DNA from: a virus
Taxonomy: Duplodnaviria; Caudoviricetes
Virus record (IMG/VR): IMGVR_UViG_3300036796_000024
Location: 1-26,853 of that record
Length of the DNA: 26,853 nt
Direction: 5' to 3' (one strand)
Part shown: positions 6,824-15,319 of the stretch, in pieces
Numbering within the stretch: the stretch's first letter is position 1
How the letters are laid out: each line of letters starts with the position of its first letter
The notes under the pieces: generated by a model
The model's input: the letters and a program-made list of their open reading frames with translations, nothing else
Database searches by the model: none
What the model was told of the DNA's origin: nothing
Translations under genes and position numbers: made by a program

Positions 6824-7757
6824 GAAAGACCCCACGCAGTCAGCGCGACAGGTAAGCCGGATGTTCAATGATATCGAACGCCGGTACCTGGACATAAAGC
6901 GGCGGCTGAAGGTGCTATTCGACCAGAGGATGACTGGCCGCGAAAGGGTGGATAACTGCCAGAAGTCTTGGTTGATGTGCAATAACGAAGGTGCAGAGCC
7001 TACGCTCTATCAGGTTAACGCCGGTACGTACATCTACGACATGACAGCTGCGCAGCTTGCTGACCTGCTGCAAGTGGTGCAAACCATCCTGGATGACGCG
7101 TTGCTGGATGGAGGCAGTCAGCGGCTCTGGGCGCTGGATTATGTCGCGGCAGAGTATGAGCGAGGAGCTCACTCGGCATACACCAACCTTTCTGCTCAGT
7201 CATCGGTATACGCCAGCCAGACAACACTTCAGCAGCTGCTATCAACTGCGGCATACCAGAACCAGATCGCCAGCGCATTTATCAGCACATACAGCGACTG
7301 GAAAGGCATTGCCGACTCTGCCAGAGCTGACCTTGCGAACATCATTGCTGATGCGATAGGGCGCGGCATAAACCCACATGAAACCGCCAGCATCGTTAGC
7401 AAGCGGCTTGATGTGTCGATGGCAAAGGCAAAGACCATCGCTCAGACAGAGCAGGTTGGAGCGCTTCGCCAGGCGCAGTGGAATGAAACTGACTGGGCAT
7501 CTGACAGGCTTGGTCTGAATACCGGCTTGATGTGGCTTTCAGCGCTAAAGGCGACAACCCGGAGCTGGCATGCAGCCCGTCACGGGCGCATTTACACGAC
7601 CGAGGAAGTCCGTGACTTCTACGCTGACGGCGGCAACCGGTACAACTGCTACTGCAGTCAGATTCCATGCCTGCTGAATGATGACGGCACCATCTATAAC
7701 GAAGGCCTGTCCGATCGACTGGCTAAAGAGCGCAAAGAATGGGCTGAAGCAGCCTAA
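6765..7757 (+). CDS. Head morphogenesis protein (Mu gpF/SPP1 gp7 family)
   Basis: AKTIAQTEQ, TRSWHAARHG and YNCYCS motifs; follows the portal, overlapping it by 59 nt. Confidence 0.88.
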   Translation: MILLPEQKTRIGTPIVPRNKKDPTQSARQVSRMFNDIERRYLDIKRRLKVLFDQRMTGRERVDNCQKSWLMCNNEGAEPTLYQVNAGTYIYDMTAAQLADLLQVVQTILDDALLDGGSQRLWALDYVAAEYERGAHSAYTNLSAQSSVYASQTTLQQLLSTAAYQNQIASAFISTYSDWKGIADSARADLANIIADAIGRGINPHETASIVSKRLDVSMAKAKTIAQTEQVGALRQAQWNETDWASDRLGLNTGLMWLSALKATTRSWHAARHGRIYTTEEVRDFYADGGNRYNCYCSQIPCLLNDDGTIYNEGLSDRLAKERKEWAEAA

Positions 7758-7774
7758 ATCACAGAGGACACGGC

Positions 7775-9169
7775 ATGAAACGCAATCGCGTTAACGTGCT
7801 GACCGTCGTCAACTCCGCTTCAAACATCACCACTGAAACCATCGACGGCAAGCCACATATCGTGGTTCGCGGCATCACGCCTGTCGTGGACGATATTGTG
7901 ATGAACCGGAAGTTGTACCCGGCAGCCGAAATCGAAAAGGCATACAACACCCTTGAGCGAAACCCAATGCCACTCGGCCACCCGAAGGTAGACGGCAAGC
8001 ATGTTTCAGCCCGCGACGTACGGGCGGTGAACAACTACCACGTCGGTGCATGGCTCCAGAACGTCAGTCATGAAGATGGCCGGGTTAGCGGTGACATGTA
8101 CGTTGACCGACAGTATGCAGAGTCCAGCGAGAAGGGTAAGCGACTGGTTAACCGCCTTGATGAAATGGCGGTAGGAACCAACGTAGAGCCGATTCACATC
8201 TCAACAGGTCTTCTGTACTCCGGCATCGCCGCCAATGGCGAGTCAAAAGGCAAGAAGTACAACGAAATCGCCACGAACATGAACTTTGACCACGTAGCCG
8301 TGCTGCTTGATGAGCCCGGAGCGGGTACGCCAGGAGAGGGCGTTGGTATTTTCGTGAATGCTGAAGGCGATGAGCAAGAGATTGAAGTGGCTATGCTCTC
8401 AAGTGCATCAGACCTCACACGCGAAGGTCTGCTAAACAAAACAAAGTTCTTCTTCACCAACGCCTCCAACTTCTCTTTTGACGATATCCAGCGAGCTATC
8501 AGCGACAAGCTTGGGGAGTCGAGAGAGGGCGATAAGTGGCTCTGGCCTGAGAGCGTTTGGCCGGACAGTTTCATCTACCGCAATGACACCAAATACCTCA
8601 AGCAAAAATACCTCATCGGCGATGACGGCAAGGCCGTGTTCGTCGGCGAACCTGTAGAAGTCGTGCGCAAGCCAACTGAGTACGAAATCAAAACCAACGG
8701 AGTTAATAACCCCATGAAAGACATGATCGTAAATGCGCTCAAAGCGAAGGGTAAGCCGACCGAAGGCAAGACCGAAGCGGAGCTGCTGGATGCATACAAC
8801 CAGATGACAGCAGATGAAGCCAAGGCAAAATCTGAAACCCCAGAAGAGAAGGCCGCTCGCGAGAAAAAAGAGGCTGATGAGAAGAAAGCCAAAGAGCAGG
8901 CGACCAACAGCGAAGCACCATCATGGTTTGCGCCATTCGCAGAGAAGCTGGACGCTATCGAAGCTGGCATTGCCGTTAACTCTGACAAAGAGAAAGGCGA
9001 AAAGAGGGCTGCTGTTAAAGCGAAGTTCGGCCTTGATGACATGGCGGTTAACGCACTGGACGGCGCAGCACTCGATGGCCTGTTTGCTCAATGCCAGACA
9101 TCTACTGGCCTGAGTGGCGCATATCGCCAGGCAACGAACAACCAATCTTTCAGCGACATGCCGGAGTAA
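7775..9169 (+). CDS. Prohead protease/scaffold protein (DUF2213-like N-terminus, charged C-terminus)
   Basis: PMPLGHP, ISTGL and DHVAVLLDEPGAG motifs; K/E/A-rich C-terminal third; position before the capsid genes. Confidence 0.8.
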   Translation: MKRNRVNVLTVVNSASNITTETIDGKPHIVVRGITPVVDDIVMNRKLYPAAEIEKAYNTLERNPMPLGHPKVDGKHVSARDVRAVNNYHVGAWLQNVSHEDGRVSGDMYVDRQYAESSEKGKRLVNRLDEMAVGTNVEPIHISTGLLYSGIAANGESKGKKYNEIATNMNFDHVAVLLDEPGAGTPGEGVGIFVNAEGDEQEIEVAMLSSASDLTREGLLNKTKFFFTNASNFSFDDIQRAISDKLGESREGDKWLWPESVWPDSFIYRNDTKYLKQKYLIGDDGKAVFVGEPVEVVRKPTEYEIKTNGVNNPMKDMIVNALKAKGKPTEGKTEAELLDAYNQMTADEAKAKSETPEEKAAREKKEADEKKAKEQATNSEAPSWFAPFAEKLDAIEAGIAVNSDKEKGEKRAAVKAKFGLDDMAVNALDGAALDGLFAQCQTSTGLSGAYRQATNNQSFSDMPE

Positions 9170-9175
9170 TAAGAA

Positions 9176-9616
9176 ATGGCTAAAGACGGTAAGCACGTAA
9201 TTCACGCAGGCGGCATCTTCGCCAACCCACAGCTGCACCGTGAGGGCGCGGCAGCGGCAGACACTAAGCCGGGTACTGTTGGCTTCTTCGATAACACCAC
9301 GAAGAAATTCACCGCATCTGTAGACGGTAAAGAGGATGCAATCCTCTACGTCGCCAACTACGACTATCTGCGTTGCAAAACGGTGGATGACACCATCGCC
9401 GCGGGCGACTGGGTTGTAGGGTTCCACCCGACACCAGGTGTGTTCTTCAACGTACCAGCAGCTGCAGGCACCTATACAAAGGGTCAGCCGCTGTCGATCG
9501 TCAATGGTCGCGTTAAAGCCAAAGCCGCCGACGAGGCAACTCGCGCCTATGTGGAAGAAGACCGCTCATACACCATCGCGACAGCAGGCGACCTCCTGCG
9601 CGTAGTAATCAAGTAA
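9176..9616 (+). CDS. Probable capsid decoration (cement) protein
   Basis: 146 aa, Ala/Gly/Thr-rich beta-type protein between scaffold and major capsid genes. Confidence 0.7.
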   Translation: MAKDGKHVIHAGGIFANPQLHREGAAAADTKPGTVGFFDNTTKKFTASVDGKEDAILYVANYDYLRCKTVDDTIAAGDWVVGFHPTPGVFFNVPAAAGTYTKGQPLSIVNGRVKAKAADEATRAYVEEDRSYTIATAGDLLRVVIK

Positions 9617-9627
9617 GGAGAACCTGA

Positions 9628-10704
9628 ATGTTTGTATTTTCCACCAAAAAGGCCACTGAGACTGGCAACCTTGAGGTTAACTCATCCCAGTTCAAAAAGC
9701 TGGTATCCGCACGTAACGCCAGCGCTCAGGCTGCAGCAGACTTCATTGCACGCACCAAATGGCGCGGTGATGCAGAGGACGCGCCTGAGCTCAACGCTGT
9801 GAACGCCATTGACGACATCCGCCGCCTGTACAAGGCCTACGATCAGACCGTTCTGGCGCAATTCGAGCCGAACACCGAGTTCACCCTGCTGAACGACCTG
9901 ATGCCTCTGTCTCGCTCAGTTCGCCTTGAAGAATCTGTGTACGAGTACGCTCGCACCGGTGGCCGTGGCTGGGCTCACACATCCATGTCCGGTCAGATTG
10001 GCGCGGCTCTGGATGCTAAGTCCTACACCTTCGATGGCACAATGGTGCCGATTCATGACAGCGGCTTTAAGTTCAACTGGCGTGATCCGGTATTCAACAA
10101 AGGCTCAGCGCTTTCTTCCCTGGCAGATGCGCAGTCTGGCTCTGTCGATGACGTTCGCCGCCAGTATGTTAACTACATCTGGGAAGGCTTCCGCGATGCG
10201 GCAGGCAACTACGTTAAGTTTGACGACAAGACGTGGAAGGGGCTTCGCCATGATGAGCGAGTGGCTCAGGTCACCTTGACCGTAAACTTCGCAACCAGCA
10301 CCGATCCGAAAGCTATGCGAGCCGCAGCTATTGCCCTGCGCGATGTGCTGAAGCTGCAAAACTACCAGTACGGCCAGCAGACCTGGTACATCTCATCCGA
10401 GATCATGTCTAACTGGGAGCAGTACTTCGACGTTAACTCCCTGCGCACCGTGCTGGAAGAGATTGCCAAACTGGCTGGTATTTCTGCCATCAAAGAAGAC
10501 TCCCAACTGACCGGCAACGAAATCCTGATCGTGCCACTGGCTGCAGGTGTTATCGCGCCAATCGTCGGCCAGGCATTCGGCACCGTCGCTGACCCTCGTC
10601 AGTTCTACAACTCTGACTATGTGTGGCGAACCTGGGGCGCTGCTGGCCTGATGGTTAAGCAAGACATCAACGGTCACTTCTCTGTTGTTCACGCTTCGAG
10701 CTAA
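9628..10704 (+). CDS. Major capsid protein
   Basis: 358 aa, SD AAGGAG, strongly biased codon usage, VPIHDSGFKFNWR motif, canonical position. Confidence 0.88.
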   Translation: MFVFSTKKATETGNLEVNSSQFKKLVSARNASAQAAADFIARTKWRGDAEDAPELNAVNAIDDIRRLYKAYDQTVLAQFEPNTEFTLLNDLMPLSRSVRLEESVYEYARTGGRGWAHTSMSGQIGAALDAKSYTFDGTMVPIHDSGFKFNWRDPVFNKGSALSSLADAQSGSVDDVRRQYVNYIWEGFRDAAGNYVKFDDKTWKGLRHDERVAQVTLTVNFATSTDPKAMRAAAIALRDVLKLQNYQYGQQTWYISSEIMSNWEQYFDVNSLRTVLEEIAKLAGISAIKEDSQLTGNEILIVPLAAGVIAPIVGQAFGTVADPRQFYNSDYVWRTWGAAGLMVKQDINGHFSVVHASS

Positions 10705-10714
10705 GAGGTAAATC

Positions 10715-10891
10715 ATGGCACTCGTAAAAGTTATTTCCTCAAATATCTTCGCGGGTGCCGGTCTCAAAAAGGTAGAGGCCGGTTCCACGATTGAAGTTAG
10801 CGAAGAGCGGGCGGCGTCATTGATTGTCGCCGGGCTGGCTGAAGAAGCCAAAGAAAAACAGCTAGAGAGCAAAGCACCTAAGAAGGCATGA
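10715..10891 (+). CDS. Small post-capsid protein, 58 aa (position of lambda FI-like packaging chaperones); not in the ORF track
   Basis: SD AGAGG; read directly: MALVKVISSNIFAGAGLKKVEAGSTIEVSEERAASLIVAGLAEEAKEKQLESKAPKKA*; fills the gap exactly. Confidence 0.8.
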   Translation: MALVKVISSNIFAGAGLKKVEAGSTIEVSEERAASLIVAGLAEEAKEKQLESKAPKKA

Positions 10892-10893
10892 CC

Positions 10894-11271
10894 ATGGCAG
10901 AGCAGATAACAGCAGCGCAGGTTAAACAGCAGTTGTCTGCGCTTGGTTACACCATTCCTGATTTCATGATTGACGCTTACATCTGCAAGCTTGATGGCAT
11001 AAGTCAGTGCCTGGAGGCGGCTGGCTACGATGAATGCGACCTGATTTTGATAAAGGTGTACGCCGTAACGTTAATGGCCGTCACCGCTTTCAGTCAGCGC
11101 ATTAAGTCACAGTCAGCGCCTTCAGGGGCATCCCGATCGTTCGACTATAGCGGCGATATCAAGAACATGAGGAACGCGCTTCTGGCGCTGGATAAGTCCG
11201 GATGCACCGGCTCGCTCCCCATCGATGTTGGTAGCTCTGTTGGGTTCTTTGATGTCGTCGGAGGCTGCTGA
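10894..11271 (+). CDS. Probable head-tail adaptor protein
   Basis: 125 aa; IKSQSAPSGASRSFDY motif of adaptor-type proteins; position after capsid genes; alternative start at 10888. Confidence 0.7.
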   Translation: MAEQITAAQVKQQLSALGYTIPDFMIDAYICKLDGISQCLEAAGYDECDLILIKVYAVTLMAVTAFSQRIKSQSAPSGASRSFDYSGDIKNMRNALLALDKSGCTGSLPIDVGSSVGFFDVVGGC

Positions 11272-11438
11272 TGTGGATATCCGTAAAGCAGCGAATGCCG
11301 GAGTCATTCGTGCGCGTCTGGGTGATGACCGACACCGGGCGGGAGACTACCGGATACGTTAAATCTGACGGCGAGTGGTTCATTAACTGCGAGAAAATCC
11401 GGGCGACTGGTGCGCAGGTTCTGAGGTGGCGAGAATGA
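11271..11438 (+). CDS. Small DUF551-like protein, 55 aa; not in the ORF track
   Basis: MWISVKQRMPESFVRVWV...GEWF...VLRWRE*; coupled by TGATG and ATGA overlaps on both sides; SD GGAGG. Confidence 0.75.
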   Translation: MWISVKQRMPESFVRVWVMTDTGRETTGYVKSDGEWFINCEKIRATGAQVLRWRE

Positions 11439-11782
11439 GTAATGTTGCCAACTGGAGCTACACCGCTCCGTGCACCATCTGGCGAAACCTTGGCTTTGCT
11501 GAGAATGGCGACTCGTTAGGATGGTCAGACCCCGAAGCCATCATGGCTGACTATCAAGGTGGATTGTCGGCGAAAATCGGCAGCATCGGGACGGAAATCA
11601 CCGTTAAAAACACCTTCTGGACTGAGTTCGAGGAGGCAAAGCGCGGGGATTACATCCTGATTGGCTCGTCGACTGAAGCAGACCCGATAAACGCTGGCGC
11701 TGATGAGGTGATGCAGGTTATACGCTATGCCGACACCTTTGAACGCACAGCAGATGACTATGCAATCCTGACTGGAGCTTGA
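11435..11782 (+). CDS. Probable head closure/head-tail joining protein
   Basis: 115 aa, MSNVANWSYTAPCTIW...; neck cluster position. Confidence 0.65.
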   Translation: MSNVANWSYTAPCTIWRNLGFAENGDSLGWSDPEAIMADYQGGLSAKIGSIGTEITVKNTFWTEFEEAKRGDYILIGSSTEADPINAGADEVMQVIRYADTFERTADDYAILTGA

Positions 11783-11783
11783 T

Positions 11784-12227
11784 ATGGGCGTTAAAGTGAA
11801 AGGCGTCAACCAGTCAAAGGCCAAGCTAGATGCTCTTCTCGCAGACGTTCAGGGCCGGAAAGTGGTGAGAGCAGTCCAGTCTGCGTTATTCATCATTGGC
11901 GCTGAGGCTGCGGCGATGACGCCAAGGGATACGAGTACGCTGGTTAACTCCCAGTTCAGGGATTTGCAGTTTATAAGTACCAGTGTTAATGGTCGCGTAG
12001 GGTTTTCTGCCGATTATGCGCTTTATGTTCATGAGGCATCAGGAAAGCTTAAAGGCAAACCAAGGTCCAGCGTGAAATCATTCAACACCAGTGACGGACG
12101 CACGGCATTTGCCTCTAATCAGGGTAATTTCTGGGACCTGTCGGGTGAGCCTAAGTTTCTTGATAAGGCAGCCACCAGGACAAGGAAACAGGTCGAAGAG
12201 GTGATTAAGAAGGAGCTAAGCCTATGA
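11784..12227 (+). CDS. Neck protein, HK97 gp10-like
   Basis: TPRDTSTLVNS, GRVGFSADYALYVHE and PKFLDKA motifs. Confidence 0.8.
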   Translation: MGVKVKGVNQSKAKLDALLADVQGRKVVRAVQSALFIIGAEAAAMTPRDTSTLVNSQFRDLQFISTSVNGRVGFSADYALYVHEASGKLKGKPRSSVKSFNTSDGRTAFASNQGNFWDLSGEPKFLDKAATRTRKQVEEVIKKELSL

Positions 12228-12625
12228 CTCCACCGATGTATAAGCGGGTGCATGATGTCTTTATAGAGAACGGCTTAACTGATGGGCTAAATGTTCAGGT
12301 GCTAGTATGGACAGATGACCCAGGAGATAAGCGCCTGGCTAAACGCTACATCGTTTTTCGCAATTCAGGCGGATCGAATATTGATAAAGACAGTGGCGGC
12401 GATTATCTCGTCGAGGTAATGGTCATATCGGGCAAAGGCGTGACCGAGTATCAAAAGGCAGATGACGCCGTTAACCGCATCATCGAGTTCGTGAAGCAAA
12501 ATCCATTGGTCAGTAAATGCCTCGGCCAGATAACCAATCTCGGCGGCATTCCCGCGCCGGTTCTCTCTACTGAGGGGCGGCTCGTTTACCGCCTCATGTT
12601 CGCCTGTCTATACGGCAGCGATTAA
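12224..12625 (+). CDS. Probable tail terminator protein
   Basis: 133 aa immediately before the tail tube gene; ITNLGGIPAPVLSTEGRLVYRL. Confidence 0.7.
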   Translation: MTPPMYKRVHDVFIENGLTDGLNVQVLVWTDDPGDKRLAKRYIVFRNSGGSNIDKDSGGDYLVEVMVISGKGVTEYQKADDAVNRIIEFVKQNPLVSKCLGQITNLGGIPAPVLSTEGRLVYRLMFACLYGSD

Positions 12626-12643
12626 CAAAACACCAAATCAACC

Positions 12644-12668
12644 AGGTCGCCATGTGCGGCCTTTTTTT
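12644..12668 (+). terminator. Intrinsic terminator before the major tail gene
   Basis: AGGTCGC-CATGT-GCGGCCT followed by a T-run. Confidence 0.75.
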
Positions 12669-12690
12669 ATGCTCATAAGAGGCCTAAGAC

Positions 12691-13431
12691 ATGGCAATTT
12701 GTCAGACCGATAACACAAAACTCTTTGGCCGCGCCGTCATTCTGGAAGTGGCTGACGGTTGCGCCGATGCGGTGCCTACGGAGGCAGATTTCAAGCTGCT
12801 GATGCCTGGCACATCAAAGACGTTCGATATGTCCCCGAACACGACCACATCATCCGCTGACGATACGAAAGGCTGGGTTGAGAACATCGTAACCTCTAAC
12901 GACCTGACGCTCAGCTTTGAGGGAGAGGTGCGCGTTAACGACCGTTCTGATCAGTACGGGGTGTATAAATTCATCAAGTATTACGTCGCAGAGGCAACGG
13001 CTGGCCGGCAGCCAACGCTGTGGGTGCGCATGACCTTCGGCCAGATTCAGATTCAGGGTTATATGGTTATCACAGCGCTCAGCAATGACGGCGGCACCGA
13101 TGACATTGTTACTCTGTCTACTGAGTTCAAAGTGGCTGATGGTTCTACAGTGCAGGTGACAGACGTTGCTGATGAAGTTGCTGTTACCGACGTTACTGTA
13201 GCGCCTAAGACAGCATCTATCGCTGTAGCTGCGACTCGCCAATTAACTGCAACCATCGCGCCAGCTGATGCCACCAACAAAGCCGTTACCTGGTCATCTT
13301 CCGATGCGACCAAGGCAACGGTAAGCAATACCGGTCTGGTTACTGGCGTAGCTGCTGGTACGGCAACAATCACCGTGACGACTGAGGGCGGCGATAAGAC
13401 CGACACCGCAGCTATCACCGTGACTGCGTAA
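12691..13431 (+). CDS. Major tail tube protein with C-terminal Ig-like (Big_2) domain
   Basis: Tube domain then VAVTDVTVAP...LTATIAPADATNKAVTWSSSDATKATVSNTGLVTGVAAGTATITVTT. Confidence 0.92.
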   Translation: MAICQTDNTKLFGRAVILEVADGCADAVPTEADFKLLMPGTSKTFDMSPNTTTSSADDTKGWVENIVTSNDLTLSFEGEVRVNDRSDQYGVYKFIKYYVAEATAGRQPTLWVRMTFGQIQIQGYMVITALSNDGGTDDIVTLSTEFKVADGSTVQVTDVADEVAVTDVTVAPKTASIAVAATRQLTATIAPADATNKAVTWSSSDATKATVSNTGLVTGVAAGTATITVTTEGGDKTDTAAITVTA

Positions 13432-13480
13432 TTAATACAGAGGGCTCATGTGAGCTCTCGATATTGATTATGGGGGAGCA

Positions 13481-14155
13481 ATGACACCTTTAACCGAAAT
13501 TGGCGAGTTCCTGATAGGTGCTGGCCGCCGCGAATACTTCTTTCGACCATCCTTCGCCGCAATGACGCGCATAGGGTCTCCAGCAGAGGTTGTGCAGGCC
13601 TTTTACGATTTAAATCATGACGCAGTGTCACCGCTGCTTGCTCGCGCCTATGAGGCTTACGGGAGCGTTCCTGCGTGGCTGATGGAATACGTCAGTAAAC
13701 CAGGGTTTGCCGATAAAACCATTGGGGCAGCGATTAACATCCTGCAGGCGTGCTGTGAGGATGATTGCGCAGCGCTGACAGGTGCAATGGTGCCGAGTCG
13801 CAGCCGCCCAGGTGAACTAATCTGGATGCCCGGTGCGATGTCATTTGCAGAGATGGTGATGATAGCCAGCTCGCTTATCACTCACGGCATCATAGGCAAG
13901 GCGAAAGTCCGAAAGCTGCAGCGCAACGAATCAGGCCAGATGACGCGAGAGTTTCACGCTATCGAGTACATCAACGCTGCCCGGTCGCACTTCGGCATTT
14001 CTAAAGACGAAGCGATGAAGCTGACGATGACAGAGTTTCAACTGCTGCTGAACACCAAATACCCTGAGCAGAAAGGCTTCACGAAAGAAGAGTATGACAC
14101 TGTTGTCGATGACTATTTCGCGAAGAAGCAGCGGAAGTTAGATAAAGCGGCATGA
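13481..14155 (+). CDS. Tail assembly chaperone (DUF6246-like), 224 aa
   Basis: Between tail tube and tape measure; YFFRPSFAAMTRIG and EAMKLTMTEFQLLL motifs; SD GGGGAG. Confidence 0.75.
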   Translation: MTPLTEIGEFLIGAGRREYFFRPSFAAMTRIGSPAEVVQAFYDLNHDAVSPLLARAYEAYGSVPAWLMEYVSKPGFADKTIGAAINILQACCEDDCAALTGAMVPSRSRPGELIWMPGAMSFAEMVMIASSLITHGIIGKAKVRKLQRNESGQMTREFHAIEYINAARSHFGISKDEAMKLTMTEFQLLLNTKYPEQKGFTKEEYDTVVDDYFAKKQRKLDKAA

Positions 14156-14247
14156 CCTCTGTTTTGCGTTGCCTTGCCGCCATCCTTTGCTAACATGTTG
14201 CTACTTGTTACTTATGGGGATAGGGCGCGTCCCTGCGCCATTACTGC

Positions 14248-15165
14248 CTATCTGTGAAGGCGTTTCATCATCTCTTCAATGCGGAAGCCTGGAACAGAAC
14301 CCGGCTTGATGTGAGATGTTTCTCTTGCGAGAGCCTGGTAGCACATGCTTATCACGTAAGTTGTGTCCCGGCTTAAGTCCCAGAAGTCACCGGCAAGGCG
14401 AGATTCCATATCACGGAGAGATGGGTAAATCTTATAACTCAAATCACGAGCGCGTTGCATCCAAAGGAACAGACTAACGAAACGCAGCAGCTCTGTGTCG
14501 TTAAACTGAGGTGCGTCAAGTTTTGGCAGTGCCTCCTGCTTGCCGAGGAATTCACCTTCGATAGACCTCAGAAACTCGACAGCCTCAAGTGATTCGCTGG
14601 CCGATAACTGGTTGATGTGCTGAACGTCGAACCGGTCATGCACCAACTTCCAGATTGCCTGGTACTTCATGCCTGACTTGTTGGCGATCATCTTTTCGAC
14701 GTACTGGCGAAGTGGTGTGCGTTCGTCAGAAGATGACTTGCGCTGCTTCGGTTTTTTCTGCTGTTCGGCGACTTCTGCTTTAACATTAAAGTAGCAATCT
14801 TCCAGTTGCTCGAAAACTTCCCATGCTTTATCTGTTTCGAGCATCTTAGCGTGACGGGCTGCCCCGCGCTCAGTCCAAAGAATGAGGTGTTTTGCACGGC
14901 TTGCGACTAACCCTCTTAAAGATGGTTTGTCTTTAAATTCTTTTAATTCAGCACCTTCTAGTTTGAAATAATGCTTTCCGATAGCGAAGCGTCCAGCATT
15001 ACGGAGGTAGTTGTTCTGGATATGCTTAACTTCTGAACCGTACAAATTTGCCAAGTTTTCAGTAGTGATAACTCTCATTCCCTCATGCCCTACAGGCGGC
15101 AGTTCGCTTGCAGAAATTGCGGAGGTTTGCGTGATTGGTGCGTTGGTTTTTGCTACATTAGTCAT
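14248..15165 (-). CDS. ant: Antirepressor (ORF6N N-terminal domain, P22 Ant C-terminal-like domain)
   Basis: RVITTENLANLYG...LILWTERGAARHAKMLETDKAWEVFEQLEDCYF is ORF6N-like; QFNDTELLRFVSLFLWM...IYPSLRDMES resembles the P22 Ant C-terminus; SD AAGGA. Confidence 0.88.
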   Translation of the reverse strand: MTNVAKTNAPITQTSAISASELPPVGHEGMRVITTENLANLYGSEVKHIQNNYLRNAGRFAIGKHYFKLEGAELKEFKDKPSLRGLVASRAKHLILWTERGAARHAKMLETDKAWEVFEQLEDCYFNVKAEVAEQQKKPKQRKSSSDERTPLRQYVEKMIANKSGMKYQAIWKLVHDRFDVQHINQLSASESLEAVEFLRSIEGEFLGKQEALPKLDAPQFNDTELLRFVSLFLWMQRARDLSYKIYPSLRDMESRLAGDFWDLSRDTTYVISMCYQALARETSHIKPGSVPGFRIEEMMKRLHR

Positions 15166-15232
15166 GTCTTTATTCCTTCGAAGGGATTGGACAAATAGAG
15201 GCCCTGGCTATCGTAAGTAGCTGGGGCTTCGT
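15166..15232 (+). ncRNA. sar: Sar-like antisense RNA covering the ant ribosome-binding site
   Basis: Extended -10 TGcTACATT (15151-15159) inside the ant start; two hairpins whose GU pairs form only on the + strand; GAAGCCCCAGCT...AGCCAGGGCCTC resembles the P22 arc-ant intergenic region as remembered. Confidence 0.7.
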
Positions 15233-15235
15233 CAT

Positions 15236-15258
15236 ATTGGTAGCCACTGGCTACCAAT
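15236..15258. promoter_or_regulatory. Perfect palindromic operator in the Omnt position
   Basis: ATTGGTAGCCA-C-TGGCTACCAAT, an 11-bp perfect inverted repeat at the predicted Pant start site. Confidence 0.85.
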
Positions 15259-15259
15259 G

Positions 15260-15288
15260 TTGAAATGTTAGTATCCATGGGCTATCAT
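15260..15288 (+). promoter_or_regulatory. Pmnt-like sigma70 promoter overlapping Pant
   Basis: TTGAAA (15260-15265), 17 bp, TATCAT (15283-15288). Confidence 0.8.
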
Positions 15289-15293
15289 GTCAA
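15265..15293 (-). promoter_or_regulatory. Pant-like sigma70 promoter
   Basis: TTGACA (15293-15288), 17 bp, TAACAT (15270-15265) on the - strand. Confidence 0.85.
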
Positions 15294-15319
15294 CACAATA
15301 TTTGAGCAAGGTAACTTCC

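Noticed and set aside
3912-13418. Numerous 60-170 aa minus-strand and alternate-frame ORFs over terL, portal, capsid and tail genes
   Set aside because: Shadow ORFs of codon-biased structural genes, without SD or recognisable motifs; only Rz1 is a credible overlapped gene
13440-13459. Hairpin GAGGGCTC-ATGT-GAGCTCTC after the tail tube gene as a terminator
   Set aside because: No U-tract; may stabilise mRNA but cannot be called a terminator
13703-13709. GGGTTTG as a -1 frameshift site in the tail chaperone
   Set aside because: Phased GGG-TTT-G rather than X-XXY-YYZ
15170-15235. 21-aa minus-strand uORF (MTKPQLLTIARASICPIPSKE) before ant, as an arc remnant or leader peptide
   Set aside because: No SD and no Arc similarity; the sequence is explained by the Sar hairpins
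15166-15319. LexA box controlling the antirepressor, as in Gifsy/N15-type systems
   Set aside because: No CTGT-N8-ACAG found by eye; control appears Mnt/Sar-type
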